Positions 1-14,000 of a stretch of 64,000 nucleotides of DNA are shown one piece after another (the first letter of the stretch is position 1; each line of letters starts with the position of its first letter). Made by a program: the position numbers and the translations under genes. The notes under the pieces were generated by a model. The model saw only the letters and a program-made list of their open reading frames with translations. It searched no databases and had not been told where the DNA came from. The DNA comes from Eledone cirrhosa (Eukaryota), in the NCBI GenBank assembly GCA_964016885.1, contig OZ024746.1, forward strand, positions 67,332,001 through 67,396,000, read 5' to 3'.

Positions 1-2000
1 CATCCGCTTATTGTTTTATAGTTTGACAAATTTTCAACGGTACTATTTACAAGTCTCAATATTACTAAATGTAATGTTGCTACTTGTAGTTGATTTAACA
101 CATTATGTAAAAAATTTTACATGTTTTCTTTATCTAATAAGGTGAGGTGCTATAGGATTATATCAAATACCCTGAGTGAAAAGGAAACTGAATTTATTAG
201 TTTTATTGATACTCTCAGACGAATTATCCATAATGTTTGGTTCGTTGAACATCCGTAGACTAATATTTATCAACAAGAAATAACTGCAACTTATCAGGGT
301 GTAAATAAACCAAAGGAAATATAATAACAATAATAAAATAAATAATTCTCGCTAAAATGTTAAATAAAACCAGGAATTATATTGAACAGATGCCAAAGTT
401 TCATGAAAGATAAATATTTGACGAGTTTAGATATAATGTACGTATTATTTTCATATTCTTATTTTTTAAATAACAGATATACTATGATTTGTTCATACAG
501 ACTAGATATAGTATATATATAGAAGCAGTTTCTGGAAAATGTACGGTGTCAGAAGATGCCATGGACGTTCTAATCACAGAAGAAATTTTCCGTTTCCTTT
601 ATCGAATAGGAAACAAAACTTTTATCAAATAAAGGTTATTACTGTGGACGCTTGTTTTTCCTCTTCTTAGTTGTGTCGTGGGGGAAGAGTCCTGAAGCAC
701 GCCTTCCAGCGTGTCTGTCAGGAACAGCTGCTTCGCAGACATATGCAAACATACACGCATATATATTGTTTAAATTCTCTATGTGCGGTATTTGTATTTT
801 AATTTCAAACGATTTAATTAATATTTATATTGCAATTAGTGAAACACGTGTAAAATGGGTAAATGGATTTGCCCTATCTTTATCCTTGGTTCAATACTAT
901 ATGAATATACCAGTGCTATGTGTAGTTATTGAAATTCATTTTATTAGAACTTACTCTAAGTATTAAACCTCGAATGCATATTCTCTTCTTGTTTGCTGAT
1001 TGTACAAACACATTGCGATATAAATCCTCTTGTCATATCATAATAATTTGATTTATGTGTTATGAAATGAGTATTATAAAAGGAGGCCACAGTGATACCG
1101 GAAAACAACGGAAGAAGTCTCTTTCGGAAGCCATCACACTGTAAGTCGATGAGGTTGCCCCTAGATTAAAACTAACAAAAAACGATGACGATTGTGATGG
1201 GAAAGATTAGAATGCTTGTAATGAAACGGCATTTGACAATATTTGCAAAGTATGAATCTATGAAGATCGTACACAGTATCCATAAATCAGATAAATGGGA
1301 ATCATGGCTTTGGGTCATGTTCTCTTTTAATATAAATAGTTTTGACCACCAAAGTATTTTATATTACTCAGATTTATAATAACAATAAATATTTATGGGA
1401 TTAACAACCCTCTGATTCTTATATTCCCAAATATTTTAATCTTTCTCCTGAGACGAGAATTAAAAGCTCTGGATGTAAGCCATATAAAGTATAACATTTA
1501 ACAAGATATATCTCATGGCTAGGTTATAAGACATTATTGTGAATAAAGTCTCAGCTATGACTAAAATATGGCTCCAACAAATATCGGCTACGTTGCCTTA
1601 ATGCGCAATGAAATACAATTAAGAAAATCGTTGTTAGAAGTGACGCCACTTCATATAAATATAGATGCAGAGTGAAATAATGGCTTCAAAATTAATCTAC
1701 TTGTCTTTATATTAAATAACTAATTAGGTGTCACTTTGAATGTGGATGTCATGAAGAAGGGTGCTGAGGTAGTATACACAATAAGGTGTTTCATTAACTG
1801 AAACCATTTACAATTGTTAGTTACATCTATTTATGTTCCCAGGAGAAATTCAGTCTAGAGTTTCTTTGTTCTTCGTGTTCTGCTTGTTTAATGTACAAAC
1901 TGGATGCTTCATGTACAACATAATGCTACGTCCATCTGTCGTAGTGGAATACAGGCAAAGGAGAAAAGTATGCTGGAAGATATTTTTGTTAACTGTTATT

Positions 2001-2187
2001 AATGGGTTCAAATATCGACACAGGGTACACATTTTGGGAGTTGGAAATGTTGATTAATTAATTTTTTTTCTAGATTAGTAATAAATTTGTTGACAATGGG
2101 TTCAAATATCGACACAGGGCACACATTTTGGGAGTTGGACATATTGATTAATTAATTTTGTTCTAGATTAGTAATAAATTTGTTGAC
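2001..2187. repeat. Tandem duplication, 2 x ~94 bp
   Basis: aatgggttcaaatatcgacacaggg...aaatttgttgac at 2001-2094 and 2095-2187 with a few substitutions. Confidence 0.9.
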
Positions 2188-2456
2188 CTCAATAAAATAT
2201 TAGAAAATACTCTAAAGAACAGTGAGGGAATTTTCTTTAGCATTTTACCGATTCTTCAACTTTCTACTCTTCAATCCATACTAAAAATAATATTTCGATA
2301 AGAGTTTGGTATATAGATATCTTAATATCTATAAAAAATTCAAATAAGAAGTAATAGTGAAAACATAAAATGTTGCATGGTAACTATTAAAGACGTATGG
2401 ATATGCATACCTACGTGTTCCTTTATAGTTAAACCGGGTATTCCGTAGTGTATGAC

Positions 2457-2711
2457 AGGGACAGTGGAATCCTTTCTGAATGGGTGGGTGGGGGGGGGGG
2501 GAAGTTTAATAAATTTAGTTGTAGTGATTAGTTTAGTTTTTTGCACTCTAAAACTCGAAAATGGTCACAAAACTTAGATATGCGACAAACAAAACATGTA
2601 CAAAAATTGTATCGCATATCCAAATAGATGTATTTTGGTAGTTTGGGGAGAAAAATATAATTATCGGGGAGGATGGGGGGTATGCCCCCTTCCCCTGGTT
2701 CCACCGCCCCT
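2457..2711. mobile_element. Candidate MITE with ~15-bp imperfect TIRs
   Basis: agggacagtggaatc (2457) versus reverse complement of ggttccaccgcccct (ends 2711); 12/15 match, GC-rich ends in AT-rich DNA. Confidence 0.4.
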
Positions 2712-3024
2712 ATATATATATATATAATGTTGAAAAAGTAATGCTCTTTACTCTTTCCTAAAGGGTTGATATGATAATAAACTGGTATTATACCCAATTT
2801 ATTCATCTCATATATATATATATATATGTAGATAAATCTACCAAGAGTTTACGGTAGTGTCCAATCCGTATGAAGAACTCAATGTAGTCCGGATATCATG
2901 GAAAGAAGAGATGCAATGAAAAATCACTTTCGGTGAAAGGTAAACGGAATACAGAGTCAAGATAAAATATTAAAAAAATAATGAATAAAACAATGAAACA
3001 GTTCCTTATATTAAACAAAAAAAG

Positions 3025-3179
3025 TTCATTATTTAACGATCGTTTCTAGGATATATATGTGTTAGAATTGGCATGCATATTCAACAGATCTATGTACAAA
3101 ATTATACAAAATTATACAAACTATCAAGATTAAATATACATACCAAACACACATATATGCCGTCTTCAGAAATAATGAA
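3025..3179 (-). ncRNA. Type-I hammerhead ribozyme with long stem II (inverted copy of 10636-10790)
   Basis: Reverse complement reads ttcattattt-CTGAAGA-[116 nt]-GAAA-CGATCG-TT-aaataatgaa. Confidence 0.75.
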
Positions 3180-3784
3180 ATATATTTATTGATAATAACA
3201 ACAATTCAAAATTTCAGGTCCGTTTGGGAACAGAGTTCAAATTGACCAATGAAAATACAAAAAATTTTATGCAGTTTGGTGTGTGTATATACATGTAATT
3301 AACTTCGTACACATATTTATATAAAGATATATGCTCACATGCATACGCATGCCAAAAAGATATATGCAAATACAAAAATTCAAGGCTAATGTCTCTGTAA
3401 GTTTATAATCCACAGATAAAATGCGTATAGACACATAAATATGAAATAAATGTATACACACATTCACATACTCACACATATTCGTACACTCACACACACA
3501 CGCGCGTATATGCATAAACATACACATAATTACGAACATACATATACACACACACACCCCCACACACATATATATGTGCATATAGTATTATCATAAGCAT
3601 ATGGACATTAATGCACGCACATAAACACTGCCACACACATTTAGATCAAGATACAGAAATTAGGTGGGAGGGGGGGAGAGGTCAGTATTCAACGGTTTCG
3701 GCAGACTGCTTATTTATAGATGTATCTATAAACTTAGAAATAAAAAGAAAAGAAAAAGAAAAAAGAAAAAAGAAATATATCAAG

Positions 3785-3832
<48 letters not shown>

Positions 3833-4312
3833 TACACATACAACACACACACACACACATATATAAACATATACATATATATATACATCTACACATACAA
3901 CACACACACACACACATATATAAACATATACATATATATATACACATATATACACACATACATATATATATACACACATATATACACATATATACACACA
4001 CATATATACACACACATATATATATATATACACGCCCATATACATACACACACATATATATATATATACAAACAAGCAAAATATAAAGTATACATCGATA
4101 TACATACATATAGACATATAAATAAATACACACGCATACACACACATACATATACATACATATACATACACATATATATAAACACATACATATACATACA
4201 TATACATACACATACCATATAAATACACATACACATACACAGACGCATACATATAGAGACACATACATATACACATATAAATACATAGACTCATACATAC
4301 ATAAACACATAC

Positions 4313-4344
<32 letters not shown>

Positions 4345-4366
4345 TACACACATATACACATACACG

Positions 4367-4416
<50 letters not shown>

Positions 4417-4542
4417 TATATATATATATATATACACACATACATATACACACGCATATATATATATATAGACTCACAACACTCGTATATATATACACAC
4501 ACTCATACATATACACACATATACATATACATACATATACAT

Positions 4543-4591
<49 letters not shown>

Positions 4592-4708
4592 CATATATAT
4601 ACAGTCACATCTACATACATATATATATATATATAAAAATACACTCATATATATACACACATACACATACATACCCACATATAAATATATATATATACAT
4701 AAATATAT

Positions 4709-4739
<31 letters not shown>

Positions 4740-4754
4740 TACATACATATATAC

Positions 4755-4809
<55 letters not shown>

Positions 4810-5292
4810 TACACATACACACACATACATACACATATACACACATACATATATAGTCACACACACACACCTATACATACATACACATACACATATATAA
4901 AGATATATATACACACATACACACACACACATATATAATAAATATATATATATATATATATATACATATATATACATATACATACATATATACATACATA
5001 CATACATACACATACATACATATATATACACACATATACATACACACATACACACATACATACATACACACACACATACATACACACACATACATACTCA
5101 TATATAGACATAGATATATATTCACACACACATACGCACTTACATATACGCATATATACAAATACCTACGCATCCATATATGCGTATATACATACAAACA
5201 CCACTACATTCTCACACAACTCAGATATACAAAGAAAAAGGTATATACATATACACATATACACATATAAATAGAGATACATATACACATAC

Positions 5293-5357
<65 letters not shown>

Positions 5358-5398
5358 CACACACATACATATACATACATACACATATACACACATAC

Positions 5399-6151
5399 GA
5401 TACAACCTATAAAAATAATAAAAATAATAAACAACATAGAAACCGTAATAGACGGGTTACTTGGTATAATGCTCCATTTAATTTACAAATTAAGGATAAT
5501 ATTGCTAAAAAATTTTTTTATATCCTAGAGAAAAACTTCCCGCCAAACCACAAATACCATCAAATCTTAAATAGGTCTACAGTTAAATTCTCATACTCAA
5601 CAACAAATAACATAAAACAAAATATAAGTGCATATAATGCATATAAATGTAAGAAAACCATAAGTATACCACCAATACATCAAACTAACCATAATATCTC
5701 CTCAAATACAGAATTAACGAAAGGTTGTAACTGTAGAAACAAAGCAAACTGCCCATTAAAAGGGAATTGTCTTGTTAACAACATAGTCTATAAATGTAAT
5801 GTTAAAACTAAAGATTCTATTTGCTCATATATAGGAGCTACTTCTAACAATTTTAAGACAAGGTTTAATACCCACAAGCATAGTTTTAAAAATGCCGCAC
5901 TGGCTAATACAACATCTCTAGCAGAAAAAATCAATAGTTATAAAAATAAGAATATAGAATATGATTTGACCTGGAGTGTGCTCAAAAGAGCCACCCCTTA
6001 TCAAAATAATAGAAATGAATGTAGATTATGTTCCCAAGAACTATTTGAAATAATGAAATCTAAGGATATCCTATTAAATAAACGACAGGAATTAATTATA
6101 TCGTGTAATCATAAACTAAAAAAAACATTTAAATATTATAAACCTAATTAA
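5399..6151 (+). pseudogene. 5'-truncated PLE ORF: linker, CxCx5C motif and GIY-YIG endonuclease
   Basis: RRVTWYNAPF, KFSYST, CNCRNKANCPLKGNC, IVYKC...SYIGAT...FKTRFNTH, CRLC, LLNKRQE...CNHK; collinear with the C-terminus of the 12102-14108 ORF; the start of the tracked ORF is microsatellite. Confidence 0.92.
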
Positions 6152-6560
6152 TAACATTATTTTAGAAATTAATATATAATTTAATTTAAATGTTAGTTAA
6201 CCTATAAATTTAATTTAATTAAAATTCTACTACAGATGAGAATATAAAATATTGTGTAATCATAAATTGTGAAAAACCTTTAAATATTACTAATATATAC
6301 TTAGTAATTTCATTTATAGATTAATTTTAATTTATTTAACCCTTTATTAAAATTCCTTTACAGATAAAATATAACAAAATATCGTGTATTCAATGACAGA
6401 GAAATAATTTTTAGTATTATAGACCTAATTAATATACATTTTAGAAATAAATTTATAATTTGGTTTTAAATTTAGTCAACCTAAAAATTTAATTTAATTG
6501 GCTTAAAATTAGTATCCTAATACAGACGGATTGCAGAGTGTCATGTAATCATAGAATGGG
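6098..6560 (+). repeat. Degenerate ~130-160-bp tandem repeats starting in the ORF 3' end
   Basis: Units start atatcgtgtaatcataaa-like at ~6098, ~6248, ~6378, ~6538 and share ttagttaacct and tacaga motifs; partial units near 6770 and 6990. Confidence 0.6.
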
Positions 6561-7383
6561 ATGTGTTTTGGATGTATACCTAGTTAATATATTCTTTGCA
6601 ATTTTTGAAAAAATATGTATATGTATGTATATATATGTATGTGTATGTATGTATATATATGTGTATATATATATATGTATGTATATGTATATGTATATGT
6701 ATTAATTTTGATTTCTGTTTACATATAATTATATTCTGCTATTGATAAAATACAATATCTGTTTTATTTATTATATACCTAATTAACATATACTATAGAA
6801 ATTAATATATAATTTTTAATTTAGTTAACCTATAATTTATATTCTACTACCGATGTAATACTTTATTTGTTTTTTCCCTATTACTAAATTCATTTCCTAA
6901 TATTGATACCATAACGTTAATAATTTTAATTTAGTTATACTATAATTAATACTCTACTACTATTTAACTTCAACATTCTGCTTCAAATATTATAAACCTA
7001 AGTAATTTACACCTTAGAAATCAATATGTTAACTATCTTTAGTTTAGTTAATCTATAATTAATGGTATACTTATATTGAAATGCATAATTTTGCCTTCTT
7101 TCTTGCATTTCCTAATACTGAAACTATGTAAACACATATTGAGATCCAAATACAGATTAATATTCTATGTTTCTTGAAACATATATTTACTATAATCCCT
7201 TCTCCCCCACCCCCCTTCCCCCCTACTATTATTATCTGTATTTGTAAGCGTGTATGTATGAATATATATGTAGGTAGGTGTATATATGTTTGGGTGTTTA
7301 TATCTAAGTATAAAAATACATATATGCGCATGCAAATAAAGATGTATGATTGTATGTATATATATATATATATATATATATGC

Positions 7384-7431
<48 letters not shown>

Positions 7432-7899
7432 GTGTGTGTGCGTGTATGTATGTGTATATATGTGTGTGTATGTATGTGTGTGTATATATGTGTATGTATA
7501 TGTATGTCTCTCTATATATATGTGTATCTTCGTATCTATGTGGGTATATGTGTGTATGTACATGTATGCACATGTATATGTTTATGTGTATATGTGTGTA
7601 TGTGTATATGTGTACGTATGCGCGCATATATATGTGAGCGTGTGTGTGTGTGTATATATATGTATGTCTATATATATATATATTTGTATATGTATATATA
7701 TATATTATTTATTATTATAATATAATTTATGTGTATATATATATATATATGTGAAAATGTGTATGTATGTATATATATATATAAATATATATGAGTATGT
7801 GTGTCTTTGTGTGTGTGTATATATATGTATATATGTGTGTATGTATGTGTTTGTATGTGTGTTTATGGTTGTATGTGTGTGTGGGTATATATATATATG

Positions 7900-8399
7900 T
7901 ATGTATATATATATATATGTGTATATGTATCTCTATTTATGTGTGTATATATGTATATGTATATACCTTTTTCTTTGTATGTCTGAGTTGTGTGAGAGTG
8001 TAGTGGTGTTTGTATGTATATACGCATATATGGATGCGTATGTATTTGTATATATGCGTATATGTAAGTGCGTATGTGTGTGTGAATATTTATCTATGTC
8101 TATGTATGAGTATGTATGTGTGTGTATGTATGTGTGTGTGTATGTATGTATGTGTGTATGTGTGTATATATATGTGTGTATATATATGTATGTATGTGTA
8201 TGTATGTATATGTGTATGTATATGTATATATATATGTATATATATATATATATATATTTATTATATATGTATGTGTAGTGTATGTGTGTATATATCTTTA
8301 TATATGTGTATGTGTATGTATGTGTAGGTGTGTGTATGTGACTATATATGTATGTGTGTATATGTGTATGTATGTATATGTATGTGTGTGTACATATAA

Positions 8400-8451
<52 letters not shown>

Positions 8452-8885
8452 GTATGTGTATATGTATCTCTATTTATATGTGTATATGTGTATATGTATA
8501 TACCTTTTTCTTTGTATGTCTGAGTTGTGTGAGAATGTAGTGGTGTTTGTATGTATATACGCATATATGGATGCGTAGGTATTTGTATATATGCGTATAT
8601 GTAAGTGCGTATGTGTGTGTGAATATATATCTATGTCTATGTATGAGTATGTATGTGTGTGTATGTATGTGTGTGTGTATGTATGTATGTGTGTATGTGT
8701 GTATGTATATGTGTGTATATATATATGTATGTATGTGTATGTATGTATGTATATATGTATGTATATGTATATATATGTATATATATATATATATATATAT
8801 TTATTATATATGTGTGTGTGTGTATGTGTGTATATATATCTTTATATATGTGTATGTGTATGTATGTGTAGGTGTGTGTGTGACT
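7900..8885 (+). repeat. ~540-bp tandem duplication of complex TA/TG repeat
   Basis: Landmark cctttttctttgtatgtctgagttgtgtgaga at ~7966 and ~8503. Confidence 0.75.
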
Positions 8886-8930
8886 ATATATGTATGTGTG
8901 TATATGTGTATGTATGTGTGTGTATGTGTA

Positions 8931-8997
<67 letters not shown>

Positions 8998-9154
8998 GTA
9001 TATATGTATGTATGTGTGTGTGTGTGTGTATGTGTATATATATTTATGTATATATATATATTTATATGTGGGTATGTATGTGTATGTGTGTATATATATG
9101 AGTGTATTTTTATATATATATATATATGTATGTAGATGTGACTGTATATATATG

Positions 9155-9203
<49 letters not shown>

Positions 9204-9349
9204 ATGTATATGTATGTATATGTATGAGTATGTGTATATATGTATATATATGTATATGTATATGTGTATATGTATGAGTGTGTGTATATATATACGAGTG
9301 TTGTGAGTCTATATATATATATATATATGCGTGTGTATATGTATGTGTG

Positions 9350-9381
<32 letters not shown>

Positions 9382-9383
9382 TA

Positions 9384-9435
<52 letters not shown>

Positions 9436-9968
9436 CGTGTATGTGTATATGTGTGTAAAAATATATATATATATATATATATATATAAGTATGTGTTTAT
9501 GTATGTATGAGTCTATGTATTTATATGTGTATATGTATGTGTCTCTATATGTATGCGTCTGTGTATGTGTATGTGTATTTATATGGTATGTGTATGTATA
9601 TGTATGTATATGTATGTGTTTATATATATGTGTATGTATATGTATGTATATGTATGTGTGTGTATGCGTGTGTATTTATTTATATGTCTATATGTATGTA
9701 TATCGATGTATACTTTATATTTTGCTTGTTTGTATATATATATATATGTGTGTGTATGTATATGGGCGTGTATATATATATATGTGTGTGTATATATGTG
9801 TGTGTATATATGTGTATATATGTGTGTATATATATATGTATGTGTGTATATATGTGTATATATATATGTATATGTTTATATATATGTGTGTGTGTGTGTG
9901 TTGTATGTGTAGATGTATATATATATGTATATGTTTATATATGCGTGTGTGTGTGTGTTGTATGTGTA

Positions 9969-10031
<63 letters not shown>

Positions 10032-10635
10032 TCTTGATATATTTCTTTTTTCTTTTTTCTTTTTCTTTTCTTTTTATTTCTAAGTTTATAGATACATCTA
10101 TAAATAAGCAGTCTGCCGAAACCGTTGAATACTGACCTCTCCCCCCCTCCCACCTAATTTCTGTATCTTGATCTAAATGTGTGTGGCAGTGTTTATGTGC
10201 GTGTATTAATGTCCATATGCTTATGATAATACTATATGCACATATATATGTGTGTGGGGGTGTGTGTGTGTATGTATGTTCGTAATTATGTGTATGTTTA
10301 TGCATATACGCGCGTGTGTGTGTGAGTGTACGAATATGTGTGAGTATGTGAATGTGTGTATACATTTATTTCATATTTATGTGTCTATACGCATTTTATC
10401 TGTGGATTATAAACTTACAGAGACATTAGCCTTGAATTTTTGTATTTGCATACATCTTTTTGGCATGCGTATGCATGTGAGCATATATCTTTATATAAAT
10501 ATGTGTACGAAGTTAATTACATGTATATACACACACCAAACTGCATAAAATTTTTTGTATTTTCATTGGTCAATTTGAACTCTGTTCCCAAACGGACCTG
10601 AAATTTTGAATTGTTGTTATTATCAATAAATATAT

Positions 10636-10790
10636 TTCATTATTTCTGAAGACGGCATATATGTGTGTTTGGTATGTATATTTAATCTTGATAGTTTGTA
10701 TAATTTTGTATAATTTTGTACATAGATCTGTTGAATATGCATGCCAATTCTAACACATATATATCCTAGAAACGATCGTTAAATAATGAA
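10636..10790 (+). ncRNA. Type-I hammerhead ribozyme with 116-nt stem II
   Basis: 10-bp stem I ttcattattt/aaataatgaa; CTGAAGA 10646-10652; GAAA 10769-10772; palindromic stem III ACGATCGT; GUU site. Confidence 0.75.
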
Positions 10791-10845
10791 CTTTTTTTTG
10801 TTTAATATAAGGAACTGTTTCATTGTTTTATTCATTATTTTTTAA

Positions 10846-10897
<52 letters not shown>

Positions 10898-10901
<4 letters not shown>

Positions 10902-11030
10902 AAAGAATAGAGGTGTAAAACACAAGTTATTATATATTGGTAAACGGAATAGAAAATGCTGTACTCTTTTATTCCTAATTAAACCATTTTTCAACTGTGA
11001 ACAATTTGTCAGCATTTTCTATTCCGTTTA

Positions 11031-11040
<10 letters not shown>
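10898..11040. mobile_element. Short fold-back + tail element in (TA)n (family G)
   Basis: Arms 10931-10960 / 11011-11040; tail aaaagaatagaggtgtaaaacacaagttat shared with 35007-35093. Confidence 0.75.
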
Positions 11041-11074
<34 letters not shown>

Positions 11075-11077
<3 letters not shown>

Positions 11078-14000
11078 TAAAATAACAGATTAAAGTTTAA
11101 GCAAAGAATCGCTGCTTTCACCCTTAATGGGATCTTCTGAAACTAACAAAGTCAATCTGTAAACGCAGAACTGGATATTTCAAAAAACGTTGCAACCGGA
11201 GGAAGACAGGAAGACGATACTTTGGTTCGTGGAAACGTTCGCTGGCAAAGAACGGGAAAAAAACGAACAATATGTCATTAATAGGAGCGGTGAAAAACAA
11301 CTACGCGCAAAGACAGAACCACGTTTATGGTATAAAAGAGGTCGTAGACTAATGTTCTCTTAGGTGGTGCATAGAGACGTTCTCTGGCAATGAACGAAAA
11401 AACGAAGATAATAAGTCATAGTGGAGCGTGGAGAACAATAGCACGCAAAGACAAAACCACGTAAATGGTATAGCAGAAGTTGTAGACTAAAATTCTAACT
11501 AGGAGACCAAATGAATCTCCGCTACAGAGTTAAGAACAAAGTAAATAAATACAATACAGAAGTAATAGAAACAAATAAATACATACACGCAAACAGATAC
11601 GTACATACACAAGCATACGCAAAACCTTACCATAGGTATACAAAACCACGCACATATAAAAATGTGTGTGTGTGTATGCTTGTGTACAAATAAATAAATA
11701 ATTATATAAACGTATATAAGTAAATAAATAATTATATAAACGTATATAAGTAAATAAATACGTATATAACAAGCGCACACACATACCTACAAATAAATAC
11801 ACGAATGTTCGGAGACGTAAGTCAACTAAAACAAGAAGTACACATATACATACACCCGCCATACGTACGAACCTGCATACTCACGCAGACGCAAAACTCC
11901 CGTATACACATAGCCAAACCCTAAATACCAGAATATGTAAAAATGATACGCCATAACAGTCAAATATACGTACGAGAAGGTATACATACCTTCACAAAAC
12001 ATACGGGTAATATATACAACCTATGCAAATAAGTAAAGGAATAAACAAAACATATACTTAGCTCCCACATCAAGACGTAAAATATCCACGTATAGATCGT
12101 GCTATCCGTTAGGGTATAACGTGGGGCTGTAATACAGGAAAGTTTTGTGCAATTTATGTTTACAAGCCGAAATTGCCTCAGATTTTTTGTTTAAGATGTG
12201 GTCTGGGGCGTAGAGTATTTCCAGGGCCTCAGCGGCGCAGAGGTCACACGGTCTTTTATTTCCGTTATACGATCTAGCCCTAGCTAGGATCTCCCAGTGT
12301 AACTTATATTGGGTGTGGTTGTCTTTTAAACTCCAGATATAAGCTGAAAGTGACGTCATATTCCTTCTTAGAGGGTAACGAAAAGAATGGGTATGCATGT
12401 AAAGACGCTGCTTGAAACTATTGGCGGTTAACCCTATGTAGGTCCTACGAGACGTGGGTGTTACAACCTTACATTTGTAGACAATGTTACTAGAGAGGCA
12501 TTTCCCGGATAGGGGGCAATCAGCCCGATTCCTACAATTACAGTTAGTACTAACTACAGGGTTGCACGTGTTCCTACGGCTAAGTAGTTTAGCTAAATTT
12601 GAAGCTGTGATGTTATGTGCAAGGTTAGGAGTCGTAGAGTAAGAAATTTTAATAGCATTTCTATTAAAAATTTTACTATATTTATGTGTAGGGGGAAAAT
12701 GCTTCGTAATAAGGGAAATAAAGATCTTAGCTAATGGTGTGGCCACCTCCATATTATATGGTGGGTTAAACCAACAAATGCGACGGGATCTATTTCTTCT
12801 AGGTCTATTTTCGTACTCTGTATATGCTACCTTATCGACAAATCCACTTCGAGCAAGAGCTTCATTGTAATAAGTGGAATGGTCGTTGAAAATGCGCTCG
12901 TTGGTGGAAAGACGGGAAAGCCTCAACGAAACGTTTTTTACCAGGTTCTTGGTTATGCTGGCAGGATGGTTGGAATGCTTACTTATATAATTGAGCGTAT
13001 CATTCGGCTTTCTATACGGGTAATACAACCCATTCAATAAATTGAGGGTAACGTCGAGGTAATTAACGACCGAGAGATTGGCCTCAACCTGTATAGAGAG
13101 GTTGAAGCCTTTAAAGAAGGCTGTGAGTTCTTTTCTGAACCTGTCGCAAGCACGAGGTCCGCACTTAGTCATGGTCAAAAGACCATCGTCACGGTACAAA
13201 CCACCGCCCGCGTTGGGGAATTCGTCCTTGATAGAGAAAAGAAGGAAAAGGCCAATAAGATCAGTAACCTCCGCAGAGTCACTGGCGCCCATACTCGCGT
13301 CGAATGGGGTACTATTGGATTTTTTAATCCAAATAGAGTCGTCGAAATTAATCACCGACTTTCGGGCATTAAGGATGACATCAACTTCGAAATCCTTAAC
13401 CACTGTGAGTGTTTTAGCGAAATTGATAGCTCTAAGGAGAAGTGGTAAAGTGATGGAGGAGTAGTAATTGTTGATGTCGAATTGGATAAAACGGCAATGT
13501 TCCTTGTTACATATGCCGTTGAACCAATCAATCACCGCGAAAGAATTGTTCCACAGTGCAAGAGGGGCCAAACTTCTAATTTCAGGTATAATTCTATCAA
13601 GAATCGTTTTACTAAGTCTACCTAAATCGGACTTCGTAGGGTTAATAAGCCGAATAGAGGGGTTGTTCGGAAAATTGGATTTGTGATCCTTCAGGGTAAA
13701 GTGGGGAGAGAAAGGGTCCAGAGGTTCGGTCCGGTCCAGGATGTTGAGATCAGATGAGATTTTAAACCCAGCATCGTTGATTTCATTGATGACACACCGA
13801 TTAGTTTTACGGTAATCCTTAGTTACAGCATTATGTAGTAGTTGATGGTAAGTACTGCGCACCACTTGATATAGGTTGCCAGTTTTGTCGGAATGTACGT
13901 GCACGGTGTTGTTAGAATCCTTAATAGAACGAATTCTATTCTTCAGGTCTTGCTGGAAGGAATTGCTCCTATTCCGAAATTTGATACTCCGAATGAGTTC

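Larger units (their letters stand above)
2828..10854 (+). mobile_element. Naiad-type PLE insertion: 5'-truncated sense copy (5399-10854) preceded by an inverted copy of its 3' region plus tail (2828-5398)
   Basis: GIY-YIG ORF fragment; 2962-5398 is the near-identical reverse complement of 8350-10854; hammerhead in each arm; (TA)n on both flanks. Confidence 0.85.

Noticed and set aside
13078-13686. Plus-strand ORFs of 128 and 72 aa (also 33669-33944)
   Set aside because: Antisense shadows of the PLE ORFs.
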